Below, in pieces: positions 37,810-46,929 of a stretch of 64,000 bases of DNA. The position numbers and the translations under genes were made by a program. Within the stretch, counting starts at the first letter, position 1. Every line of letters begins with the position of its first letter. Below the pieces are notes generated by a model. That model saw only the letters and a list, made by a program, of their open reading frames with translations. It was not told the DNA's origin and did not search any database. Where the stretch lies: the sequence record MT661596.1. The stretch is one strand, 5' to 3'.

Positions 37810-38433
37810 ATGATTTATATTGCAATTGATTTAGACGATACAATGGTAGACACCTTACCTAAAATGCACGACGAACTAACTGAGCTGACCGGTAAGGTGT
37901 TTCCAAAAGATACATTCTTAACACCAGAGTCCACCGGGGGTGCTTTAACGACTATTCTTAATTCCGGTCATTTCATGACGACAGCTAAACCTAACCCTGT
38001 CTTTATGTCAGAGCTAAAACGTGCTAAAGCCTCTCTAGCAAAATCATTTAACGTTATGTTTGGTATTTGCACTCATCGCGGGTATCACAAAGATGCTGAA
38101 GCTTTAACAAAACCTATGCTGGATAATTGTGGTTTTGACTTTGAGTTTACTCATTACCTAGACCCAGCTAAAAACCATGATAAAATGGATTACCTACTAT
38201 CCATCTATAACAAACCCGGTGACATTGTTATCTTGGTTGACGATAGACCAACGAATGGTATTAAGGGTGACTTTAACTTTAATGTATTGCTAATGACAAG
38301 ACCTTGGAATGAAGATGTCATGGTTCCAAAACTAAATCGGGTTAATAACGTGATTGAATTACATGACTTGTTAGTGGGTCTTGTTACACGTCGTGTAGTT
38401 GACCAAATGGTGTCTGAGGAGACTGCGTTATGA
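37810..38433 (+). CDS. HAD-family 5'(3')-deoxyribonucleotidase-like protein
   Basis: motif I IDLDDTMVD, motif II CTHR, motif IV LVDDR. Confidence 0.82.
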   Translation: MIYIAIDLDDTMVDTLPKMHDELTELTGKVFPKDTFLTPESTGGALTTILNSGHFMTTAKPNPVFMSELKRAKASLAKSFNVMFGICTHRGYHKDAEALTKPMLDNCGFDFEFTHYLDPAKNHDKMDYLLSIYNKPGDIVILVDDRPTNGIKGDFNFNVLLMTRPWNEDVMVPKLNRVNNVIELHDLLVGLVTRRVVDQMVSEETAL

Positions 38434-39035
38434 TTATTGATGAATACGGTTTGCATTATCATCCTTTATACCCTGGTGTATGGAGTGCTTATAATGGGTG
38501 GCGTGTAAAAGACTGGCATGACATTCGTTTGTTGAACGGTCGTGTAATTAAGTGCTGCTACCCTAATGCAACTGCATGGTCAGAGTACCACACTGGCGAG
38601 CGCTTTGAAGATAATGAAGTTGCTGAGATTCGTTTAATTCCTGATGATGAACTTATTGTTAAACATTGGGGTAAGGGCGACTATCGCAATGAACGTAATA
38701 TGGATTACTTTGGTGACGCTACACCCCACATACTCGGTACTGGTAGTGTGTTGATGGTTTGCCCTAAAGCTATTGCCGGTTTACGTAAAGTTCTTGAGGC
38801 TAAAGCACTTGAACCCATCAGTATCTCCGGGTGTGGTAACGAGTTGTTTGATAACGGGATACCGTGTCTAATGCATTATGGTCGTAAATATATCATGCAA
38901 ACACACACTAGAAATATCAGACCTGAACCAGACTTACCTAGAGAGTTAACAGATATTACTCATTGGTACTGCAGTGTCGAACCTGTTGCCTATGCCATAA
39001 CAGCAGATGGTGAACATTACAAACGGGTGAAGTAA
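38430..39035 (+). CDS. hypothetical protein
   Basis: 201 aa, GAGGAG SD. Confidence 0.75.
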   Translation: MIIDEYGLHYHPLYPGVWSAYNGWRVKDWHDIRLLNGRVIKCCYPNATAWSEYHTGERFEDNEVAEIRLIPDDELIVKHWGKGDYRNERNMDYFGDATPHILGTGSVLMVCPKAIAGLRKVLEAKALEPISISGCGNELFDNGIPCLMHYGRKYIMQTHTRNIRPEPDLPRELTDITHWYCSVEPVAYAITADGEHYKRVK

Positions 39036-39799
39036 TGAAATTGTTTCAAGCCAATAATTTATTCAACACAACCCCAGGGGACTGGGGTTTCGTTTTATTA
39101 ATTGCAAGTAATAGTAAAGAAGAATGTAAGGCGCTAATAAAGCGAATGGGTGACAGGGAAGAGCAGTACGATATCGATTGTATTGGTAATGTCATGACTT
39201 CTTATGTTAGTACACCTAAAATACTTTCTAAAACTAGAACTATAATAACTTGTCAATTTACAAAAACAGAAACGCAAGATAAAGAAGTTTTACATATTGC
39301 TAACTTAAAGGGTTCTGATAAACTACGTATTTATCAAGCCATGTCTCGCAAGAATGCTTCTATACTCATGCATGTCCCAAACACAATACCCCAACCCTGG
39401 TCTATTATCGATAACCTAACTTATAGCACCGATGGTGAACTGTGTATTGTTGGGTTATCTATAAATCAAAATGTAAACCTGACATATCGTGACATTACCT
39501 TAAAAGAGATGGGGGTTAATGTTGATTTCTATAAAGATAACACGACATCATTTACGGTAGGTGTTAATAAAGAAGTTCCAGTTGAACTTGAATGGGAAGC
39601 AAGAATAAGAGCACGTCACGGTTTTGACGGTACTGCCATTCTTACAATGAAACGTATTCGTGAGTTATATCCACAAATTAAATACTTAATAAGGCATAAT
39701 GATGATGGGTCATTATCACCTTATGTAAGCGATGCTGATGCTAAACTAATTAATGAATATCTCGATGGGTTAGATTACCCTAAGGCTGTTGAATTATGA
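39035..39799 (+). CDS. hypothetical protein
   Basis: 254 aa, TAATG overlap. Confidence 0.75.
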   Translation: MKLFQANNLFNTTPGDWGFVLLIASNSKEECKALIKRMGDREEQYDIDCIGNVMTSYVSTPKILSKTRTIITCQFTKTETQDKEVLHIANLKGSDKLRIYQAMSRKNASILMHVPNTIPQPWSIIDNLTYSTDGELCIVGLSINQNVNLTYRDITLKEMGVNVDFYKDNTTSFTVGVNKEVPVELEWEARIRARHGFDGTAILTMKRIRELYPQIKYLIRHNDDGSLSPYVSDADAKLINEYLDGLDYPKAVEL

Positions 39800-40374
39800 G
39801 TAATTACAGTTCTATTGATTGGAATATTAAATTATCTAGTGATGTGCCTACTGCTGTTATCGATACAGTTAATGCTCTTTACGAACATAGTTTCGAAGCA
39901 AACGTTGACTTTTCTAAATTACCTAATACGGAAGCTGCATTAAAGTGGGGTGAGCAACAACGTGCGTTAAATGTGTTTGCTAACTACGGCAGTCATGTTG
40001 ATGGGGAATTGCCTGAGCGGATACCTCTGTCTAAAGACAACCTTTACATTAACGCAAAAACCAGCACTAATTACACTTATGGGGCGATGATTGAATTCAT
40101 CAACTGGCTGGCACCGTGGGTAGTTAATAAGGATGAAGTCCTTGCGGTGTTCCGTAACGAAGACACTGGCGGTTTCAACGAGTTAGACTTTGGTGATATC
40201 ATTGGGTATAACGAAGATGGGTTGGCTGCGGTGATACCTTATAAACTAAGCCATTGTCAGTTTGGCGATATCTTAAATGCGATGGATAGTCCAGAGGTCA
40301 CTGAATCATATTTAAAGTTATCTTACGTTAAGAACACTAAATACGAACCATCTTATAACGGGTTTGGTTGTTAA
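39796..40374 (+). CDS. hypothetical protein
   Basis: 192 aa, ATGA overlap. Confidence 0.75.
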   Translation: MSNYSSIDWNIKLSSDVPTAVIDTVNALYEHSFEANVDFSKLPNTEAALKWGEQQRALNVFANYGSHVDGELPERIPLSKDNLYINAKTSTNYTYGAMIEFINWLAPWVVNKDEVLAVFRNEDTGGFNELDFGDIIGYNEDGLAAVIPYKLSHCQFGDILNAMDSPEVTESYLKLSYVKNTKYEPSYNGFGC

Positions 40375-40375
40375 T

Positions 40376-40427
40376 CGGTATAAGAGGAGCTCCTTTCGGA
40401 GCTCCTCTATTATGTTTTTTTTTTATT
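40376..40427 (+). terminator. intrinsic terminator, CATA/TATG family variant
   Basis: GAGGAGCTCC-TTTC-GGAGCTCCTC, then TTATG and a T run. Confidence 0.88.
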
Positions 40428-40443
40428 TTGTAATTAATCTCAC

Positions 40444-40462
40444 ACCTACATAATGAATATGT
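40444..40462 (+). promoter_or_regulatory. putative early promoter
   Basis: ACCTACATAA-TGAA-TATGT. Confidence 0.72.
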
Positions 40463-40502
40463 AACATAAACTAATAACCAATTAAATTAACAAGGAACGC
40501 CC

Positions 40503-41390
40503 ATGTCTAATAAACTTTACTTAATTTCCACAGCAACTTTATCCTTATCACGTAACCCTATTTACTATATGGTTGTAAGTGCACCTAATGAGCTTCTAGC
40601 TACTAGAGCAGCAGGTATATACATCCACGGTAAACCTTTATTTAATCAAGTGCGTACACTTGCGTACGCTAGAGATTTACTGATTATTGATTTAAACAAA
40701 CCGGGTGTTAAAGATATTAAGGTGGTTAGTTCTGGAAGGGCTGATAGGGACGACACACCTATTGTTAAGAAAGAGAGTGTTGAGATGCATGCTGTTGTAC
40801 CTGGGACTGCATATGAACGAACTTTAATTAAAGTCTACATTAAAAACTTTAACGAAAAGAGCGTTTTACTTAAGGATAAGTTTGATAATCTTTACATCTC
40901 TAACAACATAGACACCACCGGCCCTACGGCTGAACCTATTCCTGCCATGGCTAAGCACTTTACTGGCAGACTTGCCGTGTCTAAGAATGCAGTTAATGTT
41001 AAGGTGACTAGATATAAAACAATGTCACCTGCCCTATATGCATCAAAAGCCTTACTAACTTTTAATGACAGAAAGTTAATTAATGACGAAGATGCACCAA
41101 ACAATGACTGCGATAGTATTTGGTGGGTCGAACGTGATAACGAAAAAGGCTCTATGGATTTGTTCATTAGAACTAACCACATGGCTATAGGGTCTTACGC
41201 AAATCTGGCTAAGTCATTATGGACAATAACCATGGAACGTGACGATGATGCAGAAAATGGTATAACCGTTGGTTTTGTTCACGGTAAACCAATTAAGTTT
41301 AGACAAGTCACATCAAAGTCAGCAGCTGATTTAATTAATAATTACTTAGGTGAGCACGGTCTTCACCCTAACGCATATACAGGTGTTTGA
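40503..41390 (+). CDS. hypothetical protein
   Basis: 295 aa, AAGGA SD. Confidence 0.78.
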   Translation: MSNKLYLISTATLSLSRNPIYYMVVSAPNELLATRAAGIYIHGKPLFNQVRTLAYARDLLIIDLNKPGVKDIKVVSSGRADRDDTPIVKKESVEMHAVVPGTAYERTLIKVYIKNFNEKSVLLKDKFDNLYISNNIDTTGPTAEPIPAMAKHFTGRLAVSKNAVNVKVTRYKTMSPALYASKALLTFNDRKLINDEDAPNNDCDSIWWVERDNEKGSMDLFIRTNHMAIGSYANLAKSLWTITMERDDDAENGITVGFVHGKPIKFRQVTSKSAADLINNYLGEHGLHPNAYTGV

Positions 41391-41391
41391 T

Positions 41392-41817
41392 ATGGCTAAT
41401 CGTTTATTTGTAACACTAACCGCACCAGAACGTTCAATGCTTGGATGGGTTCTTGGTATTATGTACTATGGTCGTTTTGTTAGAAACAAAACGTTCACCG
41501 AGGAACTAAAATCTCTTTTTGAGATGGCTCCTGGTCAAAGTGGTTTCCCACATAACGGTGGAGAACACTCGTTTAGTATAAAAGGAACCGAAGAAGAAGT
41601 ATTGTCTTGGTTGGATTTGTTAAAGGAAGTAGTCCCTGAAGTAGAGAGCGAAGTCAATGCCATCAGAGAACATCAATCTCGTGGCAAAACCTCTATTTAT
41701 CTAAAGTTAATTAATAGAACTGTTAATAACGTGCGTGCTCCTTGGTATGGTTCTAAGGAAGCGCATGAATTTGAATCTGCTCGACATATGGCGTTTATAA
41801 AAGGTGATAATAAATGA
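41392..41817 (+). CDS. hypothetical protein
   Basis: start moved to ATG 41392 (AGGTG SD). Confidence 0.72.
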   Translation: MANRLFVTLTAPERSMLGWVLGIMYYGRFVRNKTFTEELKSLFEMAPGQSGFPHNGGEHSFSIKGTEEEVLSWLDLLKEVVPEVESEVNAIREHQSRGKTSIYLKLINRTVNNVRAPWYGSKEAHEFESARHMAFIKGDNK

Positions 41818-42566
41818 AGAAGTTCACATGGTGGTTAAGAGAATCTAAATTCAAATGGGTGCGAACTAACCTAACAAGCATTGCGTTTATGTTTACTTGG
41901 TTTAAGTATTGCAGGTCTTTTGATATCAGTCTGGGCATTTATTTCAGTGACGGATTTAGCATCTCATTTAAGTTCCAAATACCGTTCTTATTTGGCATTT
42001 ACTTCAGTATTGAATTCAATGAATTTCTTAAGAATCGATTTAAAACAGCAAGAAAAGAAGACTACAGTTATATCAACTCCATTGTTATTGACGATAGTTG
42101 TATTGCTGTTTATTTATTAAGACGTCAATCATGGGATTCGTCAAAAGAGCGCGGTATAATGAAATTCTTTAACTGGACTGACATCATCTACGGTAAGTGT
42201 AAAGACACCGTTGAAAAGAACGGTAAGTTACATAAGTTTAGTTTCGACATTGTTGATAAACTAAATCACCAAGAAGAAGACGGTACGTGGGTTGCCAAAG
42301 ATATTACACTCACTGTTGAAGTCCAAGAGATTGAGCGTATAATGAAAATGCAGCGCTTTGGTTGTCGTAAAGTAAAAGCCTATGTGTTATCTACTGATAA
42401 ACAAATAACTATATTTGGTAAGGGTGATAACGGGTGGGATTGTGACATGGGCACTATGGGTGGTGTTGGTGTGGTGTACATTGGGTCACCAACTACAACT
42501 CCGAAAGAAGAAGCTGATAAATACGTAGCTAAAATTAAACAAAGACAAGGTGGTTATTATGGGTAG
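41814..42566 (+). CDS. hypothetical protein, aromatic-rich N-terminus (possibly membrane-associated)
   Basis: 250 aa, ATGA overlap. Confidence 0.72.
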   Translation: MKKFTWWLRESKFKWVRTNLTSIAFMFTWFKYCRSFDISLGIYFSDGFSISFKFQIPFLFGIYFSIEFNEFLKNRFKTARKEDYSYINSIVIDDSCIAVYLLRRQSWDSSKERGIMKFFNWTDIIYGKCKDTVEKNGKLHKFSFDIVDKLNHQEEDGTWVAKDITLTVEVQEIERIMKMQRFGCRKVKAYVLSTDKQITIFGKGDNGWDCDMGTMGGVGVVYIGSPTTTPKEEADKYVAKIKQRQGGYYG

Positions 42567-42936
42567 TTTCGGTTATAGTGCGCCTGTTAATTCAGAAACC
42601 GCTGTCTCGTATAAGAATGCGGTAAAGGTATGTCAATTACAACTTAAGTTAAACGAGAAGCTTAATGCTAATTTAGATATTGATGGGCATTTTGGTGAAT
42701 CTACGTTAGGTGCTTTAAACATCTTAGCGCAAGCTCTAACAAATGCTCCTGTTGTTATGGATTTTAAGTATCATAGAGCAGCTTCCGTTGAGGCAATACA
42801 ACGTTGGCACAATAAAGTAGCGTCTCGGTTAGGTATTGGTTTTATTGATATCGATAATAACTGGGGTAATGGTACAGAAAATGCCATTAATTTTCTTATA
42901 GACATTGGTGTCGCTAAGCTAGATAAAGAAATTTAA
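42559..42936 (+). CDS. stand-alone peptidoglycan-binding-domain protein (two PG_binding_1-like repeats)
   Basis: LDIDGHFGESTLGAL and IDIDNNWGNGTENAI resemble the DGxFGxxTxxAV consensus; no catalytic domain or signal peptide. Confidence 0.65.
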   Translation: MGSFGYSAPVNSETAVSYKNAVKVCQLQLKLNEKLNANLDIDGHFGESTLGALNILAQALTNAPVVMDFKYHRAASVEAIQRWHNKVASRLGIGFIDIDNNWGNGTENAINFLIDIGVAKLDKEI

Positions 42937-42944
42937 GTAATTAT

Positions 42945-42997
42945 AAACAAGATGCGATTATCTCTATAGAGGTAGCTGTATCTTGTTTTATTTTTTG
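42945..42997 (+). terminator. intrinsic terminator
   Basis: AAACAAGAT...ATCTTGTTT long imperfect stem plus T run. Confidence 0.65.
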
Positions 42998-43016
42998 ATT
43001 AATAAGAGGTTTAAAA

Positions 43017-44198
43017 ATGGAAGCTTACAAAAGTCTTGTGTCAGGTGTTCTTCGTGATGGTCGTGTAAAAGGAAATGTTCGTACTGGAACAACAACGCGT
43101 TCTATAATGTCGTGTGTATTCAAACATGACATGGCAGAAGGGTTCCCTTTGTTAACAACAAAGAAAATGAAGTTCAGTAATATCGTGGCTGAATGGTTAT
43201 GGATTACAAATGGACACACTAACGTCGATTTCTTGCATGCGCTAGATTGTCACATCTGGGATATGTGGGCTTTAAAGGAAGACCATTACGGTGAAGTCCC
43301 TATGACCACCTTGGAGCGTATTCAGCATTATCTTAATAAGCATAATCATGTTGACTTCCAAGACCACTTACACATGTACTCTGAAGAAGAGTTGGTTGCT
43401 AAACTCGATGCGCTTAATGTACCTAAAACAAAAACTGCATTAATTGCTAAGAAGGGGGAAACCAACGCTCCTTATGGACGCGCTATGCGTAAGCGCAATG
43501 CCAAAGGCGAAACGCCAATGGAGTACATTGATAACCTTATTGCTAACTCTCAAGATTCACGCCGTATCATGTCGTGTTACTGGGACCATGCTGATTTACC
43601 TGATGAATCATTATCTGTGCAAGATAACATCAAGGCGGGTCGCCCTTGTTTAACACCATGTCATTTTGGTCATCAGGTTTATATTGATGACATGACTCTG
43701 CAAGAACGCTGGTCTTGGATGTTAGAAAATTACGTGGGCACTAATTCGCACAGAATGAAAGAGTACCGTGGTGAGTTCACAGATATCGACAACCAAAAAT
43801 TCTACGATGGCGATATCGAGGCTCTCACTAAAGCTAAGATGGATAGCCTTGACAAATACAATATACCTCGTCGCCGATTAAACCTTAAATGGGGGCAACG
43901 TTCAATTGACACGGGAATCGGATTGGGGTATAATATCGCTTACTACGCGCTAACACTTGCAGTGTACGCACACCGCCATGGTTTAGCTACCGGGTTCTTA
44001 GAAGGTGATTTAACAAACGTACACATCTACGAATCACATGTCTCTGGGTTGATGCAACAGTATTCTCGTAGTTGTTATAAACTCCCTCGACTTAATATTA
44101 AACGTCGTCCTGACTCTATTCACGATTATACGGCGGATGACTTTGAGCTCGTAGGATATGAGCACCACCCATTTATTAAATTTGAATTATACGAATAA
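43017..44198 (+). CDS. thyA: thymidylate synthase with insertions
   Basis: RTGTTT, FPLLTTKKM, catalytic TPCH, QRSID, GYNIAYY, HIYESH. Confidence 0.95.
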   Translation: MEAYKSLVSGVLRDGRVKGNVRTGTTTRSIMSCVFKHDMAEGFPLLTTKKMKFSNIVAEWLWITNGHTNVDFLHALDCHIWDMWALKEDHYGEVPMTTLERIQHYLNKHNHVDFQDHLHMYSEEELVAKLDALNVPKTKTALIAKKGETNAPYGRAMRKRNAKGETPMEYIDNLIANSQDSRRIMSCYWDHADLPDESLSVQDNIKAGRPCLTPCHFGHQVYIDDMTLQERWSWMLENYVGTNSHRMKEYRGEFTDIDNQKFYDGDIEALTKAKMDSLDKYNIPRRRLNLKWGQRSIDTGIGLGYNIAYYALTLAVYAHRHGLATGFLEGDLTNVHIYESHVSGLMQQYSRSCYKLPRLNIKRRPDSIHDYTADDFELVGYEHHPFIKFELYE

Positions 44199-44245
44199 CA
44201 TAGCTAGGTCAGGTGCCCTGATGGGTATCTGGCTTTTATGTCAGT
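44197..44245 (+). terminator. stem-loop, CATA/TATG family
   Basis: ACATAG...GCTAGGTCAGGTGCCC/GGGTATCTGGC...TTTTATGTC. Confidence 0.55.
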
Positions 44246-44287
44246 TATATGACATCGTATGAACCGACTAATAAAGAGGAAGTAATA

Positions 44288-44800
44288 ATGCGTATGAATC
44301 CAAATATCAATCGTGATATTAATGCTTATATGTTGTTTGCATGGCCGTTGGTGTACGGGTTATTCTATTCATTAAACCACTCTGCCGCGTTTGTTATTAC
44401 TCTAGGTACAGCGTTCTCTACGCTATTCACGTTACTTGATAATAGACTGTTATGCGAGTATGGTATACCTAAAGAAAAGCGACCTTGGGTTCTTATGGGG
44501 ATACTCATACCCCCTATCTATGCAATACAGAGACTAATCATGACTAGAGCTCACCCGGCTTACTATGCGGTGTGCGTAATAACACTAATCTTTGGTGTCA
44601 TGGCAGTTTCCATCAGTGAAGTTGAAAGAAAACACAAAAGAGAACTGTGTGATGACATCGATATCATGTTTACTCAAATGGAGTTACCTTTACGCTGCAT
44701 GAGTGTTAAGTTAAGTCGATTTGACTTAGATAGTGCTAAGGGTGAGATAACTCTTAATAATGGCTCTATTGTTCCGGTCGAAGTTGTCAACAATAAATAA
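44288..44800 (+). CDS. multi-pass membrane protein
   Basis: start moved to ATG 44288 (GAGGA SD); about four hydrophobic segments. Confidence 0.72.
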   Translation: MRMNPNINRDINAYMLFAWPLVYGLFYSLNHSAAFVITLGTAFSTLFTLLDNRLLCEYGIPKEKRPWVLMGILIPPIYAIQRLIMTRAHPAYYAVCVITLIFGVMAVSISEVERKHKRELCDDIDIMFTQMELPLRCMSVKLSRFDLDSAKGEITLNNGSIVPVEVVNNK

Positions 44801-44802
44801 GG

Positions 44803-44860
44803 CGGCATAAAGGGCAGCTCCTTTGGGAGCCGCCTGCTTAGTTTATGCTGATTTTTTTTT
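44803..44860. terminator. bidirectional stem-loop, CATA/TATG family
   Basis: GGCAGCTCC-TTTG-GGAGCCGCC with GGCATAAA/TTTATGC arms and T run; convergent genes. Confidence 0.82.
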
Positions 44861-45580
44861 TTATGCTAATGTATCATTAACAACATTGTTGTCTTTATTT
44901 GTAATATGACCATCTGCGTCACGGATGACAGGACTGCCATCAATAAACGCTTCTTCCATATCTTTAGCGTCTTCAAAATATTCAACAAACCATCCAGTGA
45001 TAATAATATCATCAATTTCAGAGGACTTGGTTCCGTTAGATAACGTCGATAAACATAAACCGTAATTACGCATCAACCAATCTGATAACACTGCCAGCCA
45101 AGGAGCAGTTGCAGAAACTGGATATGTTTTATACAGTGTATCTTCTTCCGTTAGTAATTGTCTTGTGTGTTTAGACAGCATGTTTAGAGTGCTGACAACT
45201 TCATTAATAAAGTTTTCTTCATTTTCTTTTAACACACAATACCCTGGGTCTTTAGAGAAGAAGTCGTAAAACTTATCAACATCGATGTAATCTGAGTCAG
45301 TTGCAAGAGTGCCAACGAATTCATCACCACCTGCGTAATAAGGTGCACTTGAAAACGAGGCAATGGTTTTACCTGCTTCAAGCACATAACAGTTGCCTTC
45401 GACTTTAATGCGTTTAGATACTTCGTCTTCAGCATTAAGGATGTGAACAAAACCTTTACGACTTAATTGGTTACGGCGGAATTCTACATGTGTGCCATCA
45501 GCAACAGGGATTAATTTAAACCCTTTAGATGTATTTGAATCAGCGATATTTTCAGCAGACATAATTTTTAAAGTTAACAT
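44861..45580 (-). CDS. hypothetical protein
   Basis: 239 aa, AAGGA SD; lone minus-strand accessory gene. Confidence 0.75.
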   Translation of the reverse strand: MLTLKIMSAENIADSNTSKGFKLIPVADGTHVEFRRNQLSRKGFVHILNAEDEVSKRIKVEGNCYVLEAGKTIASFSSAPYYAGGDEFVGTLATDSDYIDVDKFYDFFSKDPGYCVLKENEENFINEVVSTLNMLSKHTRQLLTEEDTLYKTYPVSATAPWLAVLSDWLMRNYGLCLSTLSNGTKSSEIDDIIITGWFVEYFEDAKDMEEAFIDGSPVIRDADGHITNKDNNVVNDTLA

Positions 45581-45678
45581 AATTTTTATCCTTCATAATA
45601 GTTAATAGTGTTTGTTTTTGCTTTTTAATACTCGTTCTAGTAGTGGTGAGTAAAAGCGATAGGTTTAGATTATTATAA

Positions 45679-45697
45679 ACCTATATTATTAGTGTGT
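45679..45697 (+). promoter_or_regulatory. putative early promoter
   Basis: ACCTATATTA-TTAG-TGTGT. Confidence 0.75.
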
Positions 45698-45728
45698 AAT
45701 AAGTTAAATATAAAACGGAGTCGATTTA

Positions 45729-46511
45729 ATGCAAAGTAATAATCAAGAGGCTATTTTAACTAAATGGTGTAACTATCACCCTCAGTTCAAACACCTTATC
45801 GAAAACGTATTATGCGTGATGTATTCGAGAAAATGGGTTAGTGAAATATTACTCTCTCTAGAACAAAATGACAAGGCGCACCAACCAGACCATGTATTAG
45901 GTGTTACTTTGGAAGCCAACCGGATGACTGATGACAACTATGAGTTAAAACCATACAGATTTGAAATCATCACTGCGGCTTTCTTGCATGACATTGGTTG
46001 TCGTATCGACCGTGACACACATCACGAGTTAGGTGCAACTTATGTGATGGAAGATGCTTACCTGTCATCATTACTCGACCAGAAGACTCGCGCTATCATT
46101 TCTGGTGCTATACTAAAACATCGTGCATCATGGACGGGTTCCGATAGAAGCGATATTGAAGATGTCGTTGCTGCTGCTGACCGAGGTGAACCTAACCTTA
46201 AGCGATATCTTAAAAGGGCTTGTTTATACCGATACGGTCAATATGAAGCTGTTCGTGGTGTTAACTGCACTGTAACAGAAGCTGAAGTCAATGAGATAAT
46301 AAACGCATCAATAGACCATCTTCGTGATAAATTCGGTCCCGATGGATACGTGTGGGCTAAATATCCTAGATATGGTTTAAAATATTACTCTAAGGTAATA
46401 AAGGAAATAAAAGATAAACTTTCCACTAATACCTCAGATGCTAACAAAACTTATATCAAGGAACTCTATCTTCACGCTAAACGTAATTTTTATAACTGGA
46501 TTAAACAGTAA
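45729..46511 (+). CDS. HD-domain metal-dependent phosphohydrolase
   Basis: HQPDH...FLHDIG...HHELGA...KHRAS...AADR. Confidence 0.85.
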   Translation: MQSNNQEAILTKWCNYHPQFKHLIENVLCVMYSRKWVSEILLSLEQNDKAHQPDHVLGVTLEANRMTDDNYELKPYRFEIITAAFLHDIGCRIDRDTHHELGATYVMEDAYLSSLLDQKTRAIISGAILKHRASWTGSDRSDIEDVVAAADRGEPNLKRYLKRACLYRYGQYEAVRGVNCTVTEAEVNEIINASIDHLRDKFGPDGYVWAKYPRYGLKYYSKVIKEIKDKLSTNTSDANKTYIKELYLHAKRNFYNWIKQ

Positions 46512-46545
46512 CTTAGGTAGGGTGAATACCCTACCTCTTATAACG
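46512..46545 (+). terminator. stem-loop
   Basis: AGGTAGGGT-GAAT-ACCCTACCT. Confidence 0.65.
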
Positions 46546-46561
46546 ACTAAGTAATAACTTA

Positions 46562-46635
46562 CATATAACCCATAACCTATGTAAACATTAATAAGTGTTT
46601 TCTAGCGAGCTTACGCTAACGAGAGGGGTTATATG
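46562..46635. other. branched RNA-like structure (10-bp outer stem, two inner hairpins)
   Basis: CATATAACCC/GGGTTATATG enclosing AAACATT/AGTGTTT and TAGCG/CGCTA. Confidence 0.5.
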
Positions 46636-46662
46636 ACAATTTAAATTAATAAGGAGCCTATA

Positions 46663-46914
46663 ATAGATAACCCATTTAAAGCTATAGATATATCTATAGA
46701 AGAAGCGAAGGCCATCTCAACTAAAGTAAACCAGGATACACGACATAAAGTAGTAATGGGTGAACTACCTCTTGTTAATTATGAGTAAACTCATGAACTC
46801 GGTGCTGACCGAAGTGCTGTTGTCACGGTTAACTATGATGGTTTATGGTTCGCTAGTCTTACTCATCCCGATACAGGTGTCGAGTTATTGCGCTTACCTG
46901 TAATATTAGATTAA
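46663..46914 (+). pseudogene. decayed small gene
   Basis: AAGGAG SD at 46651, ATA where ATG is expected, in-frame TAA at 46786, frame continues to TAA 46914. Confidence 0.55.
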
Positions 46915-46929
46915 CTAAGAGTTAATTAA

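Noticed and set aside
43017-44198. TS as a base-modifying hydroxymethylase, or as an intron/intein-containing gene
   Set aside because: The specificity Asn is retained, the frame is continuous, and the inserts lack intein C/HN termini or homing-endonuclease motifs
46562-46635. Possible tRNA
   Set aside because: No TTCRA loop, no D-loop GG, no 7-nt anticodon loop and no CCA
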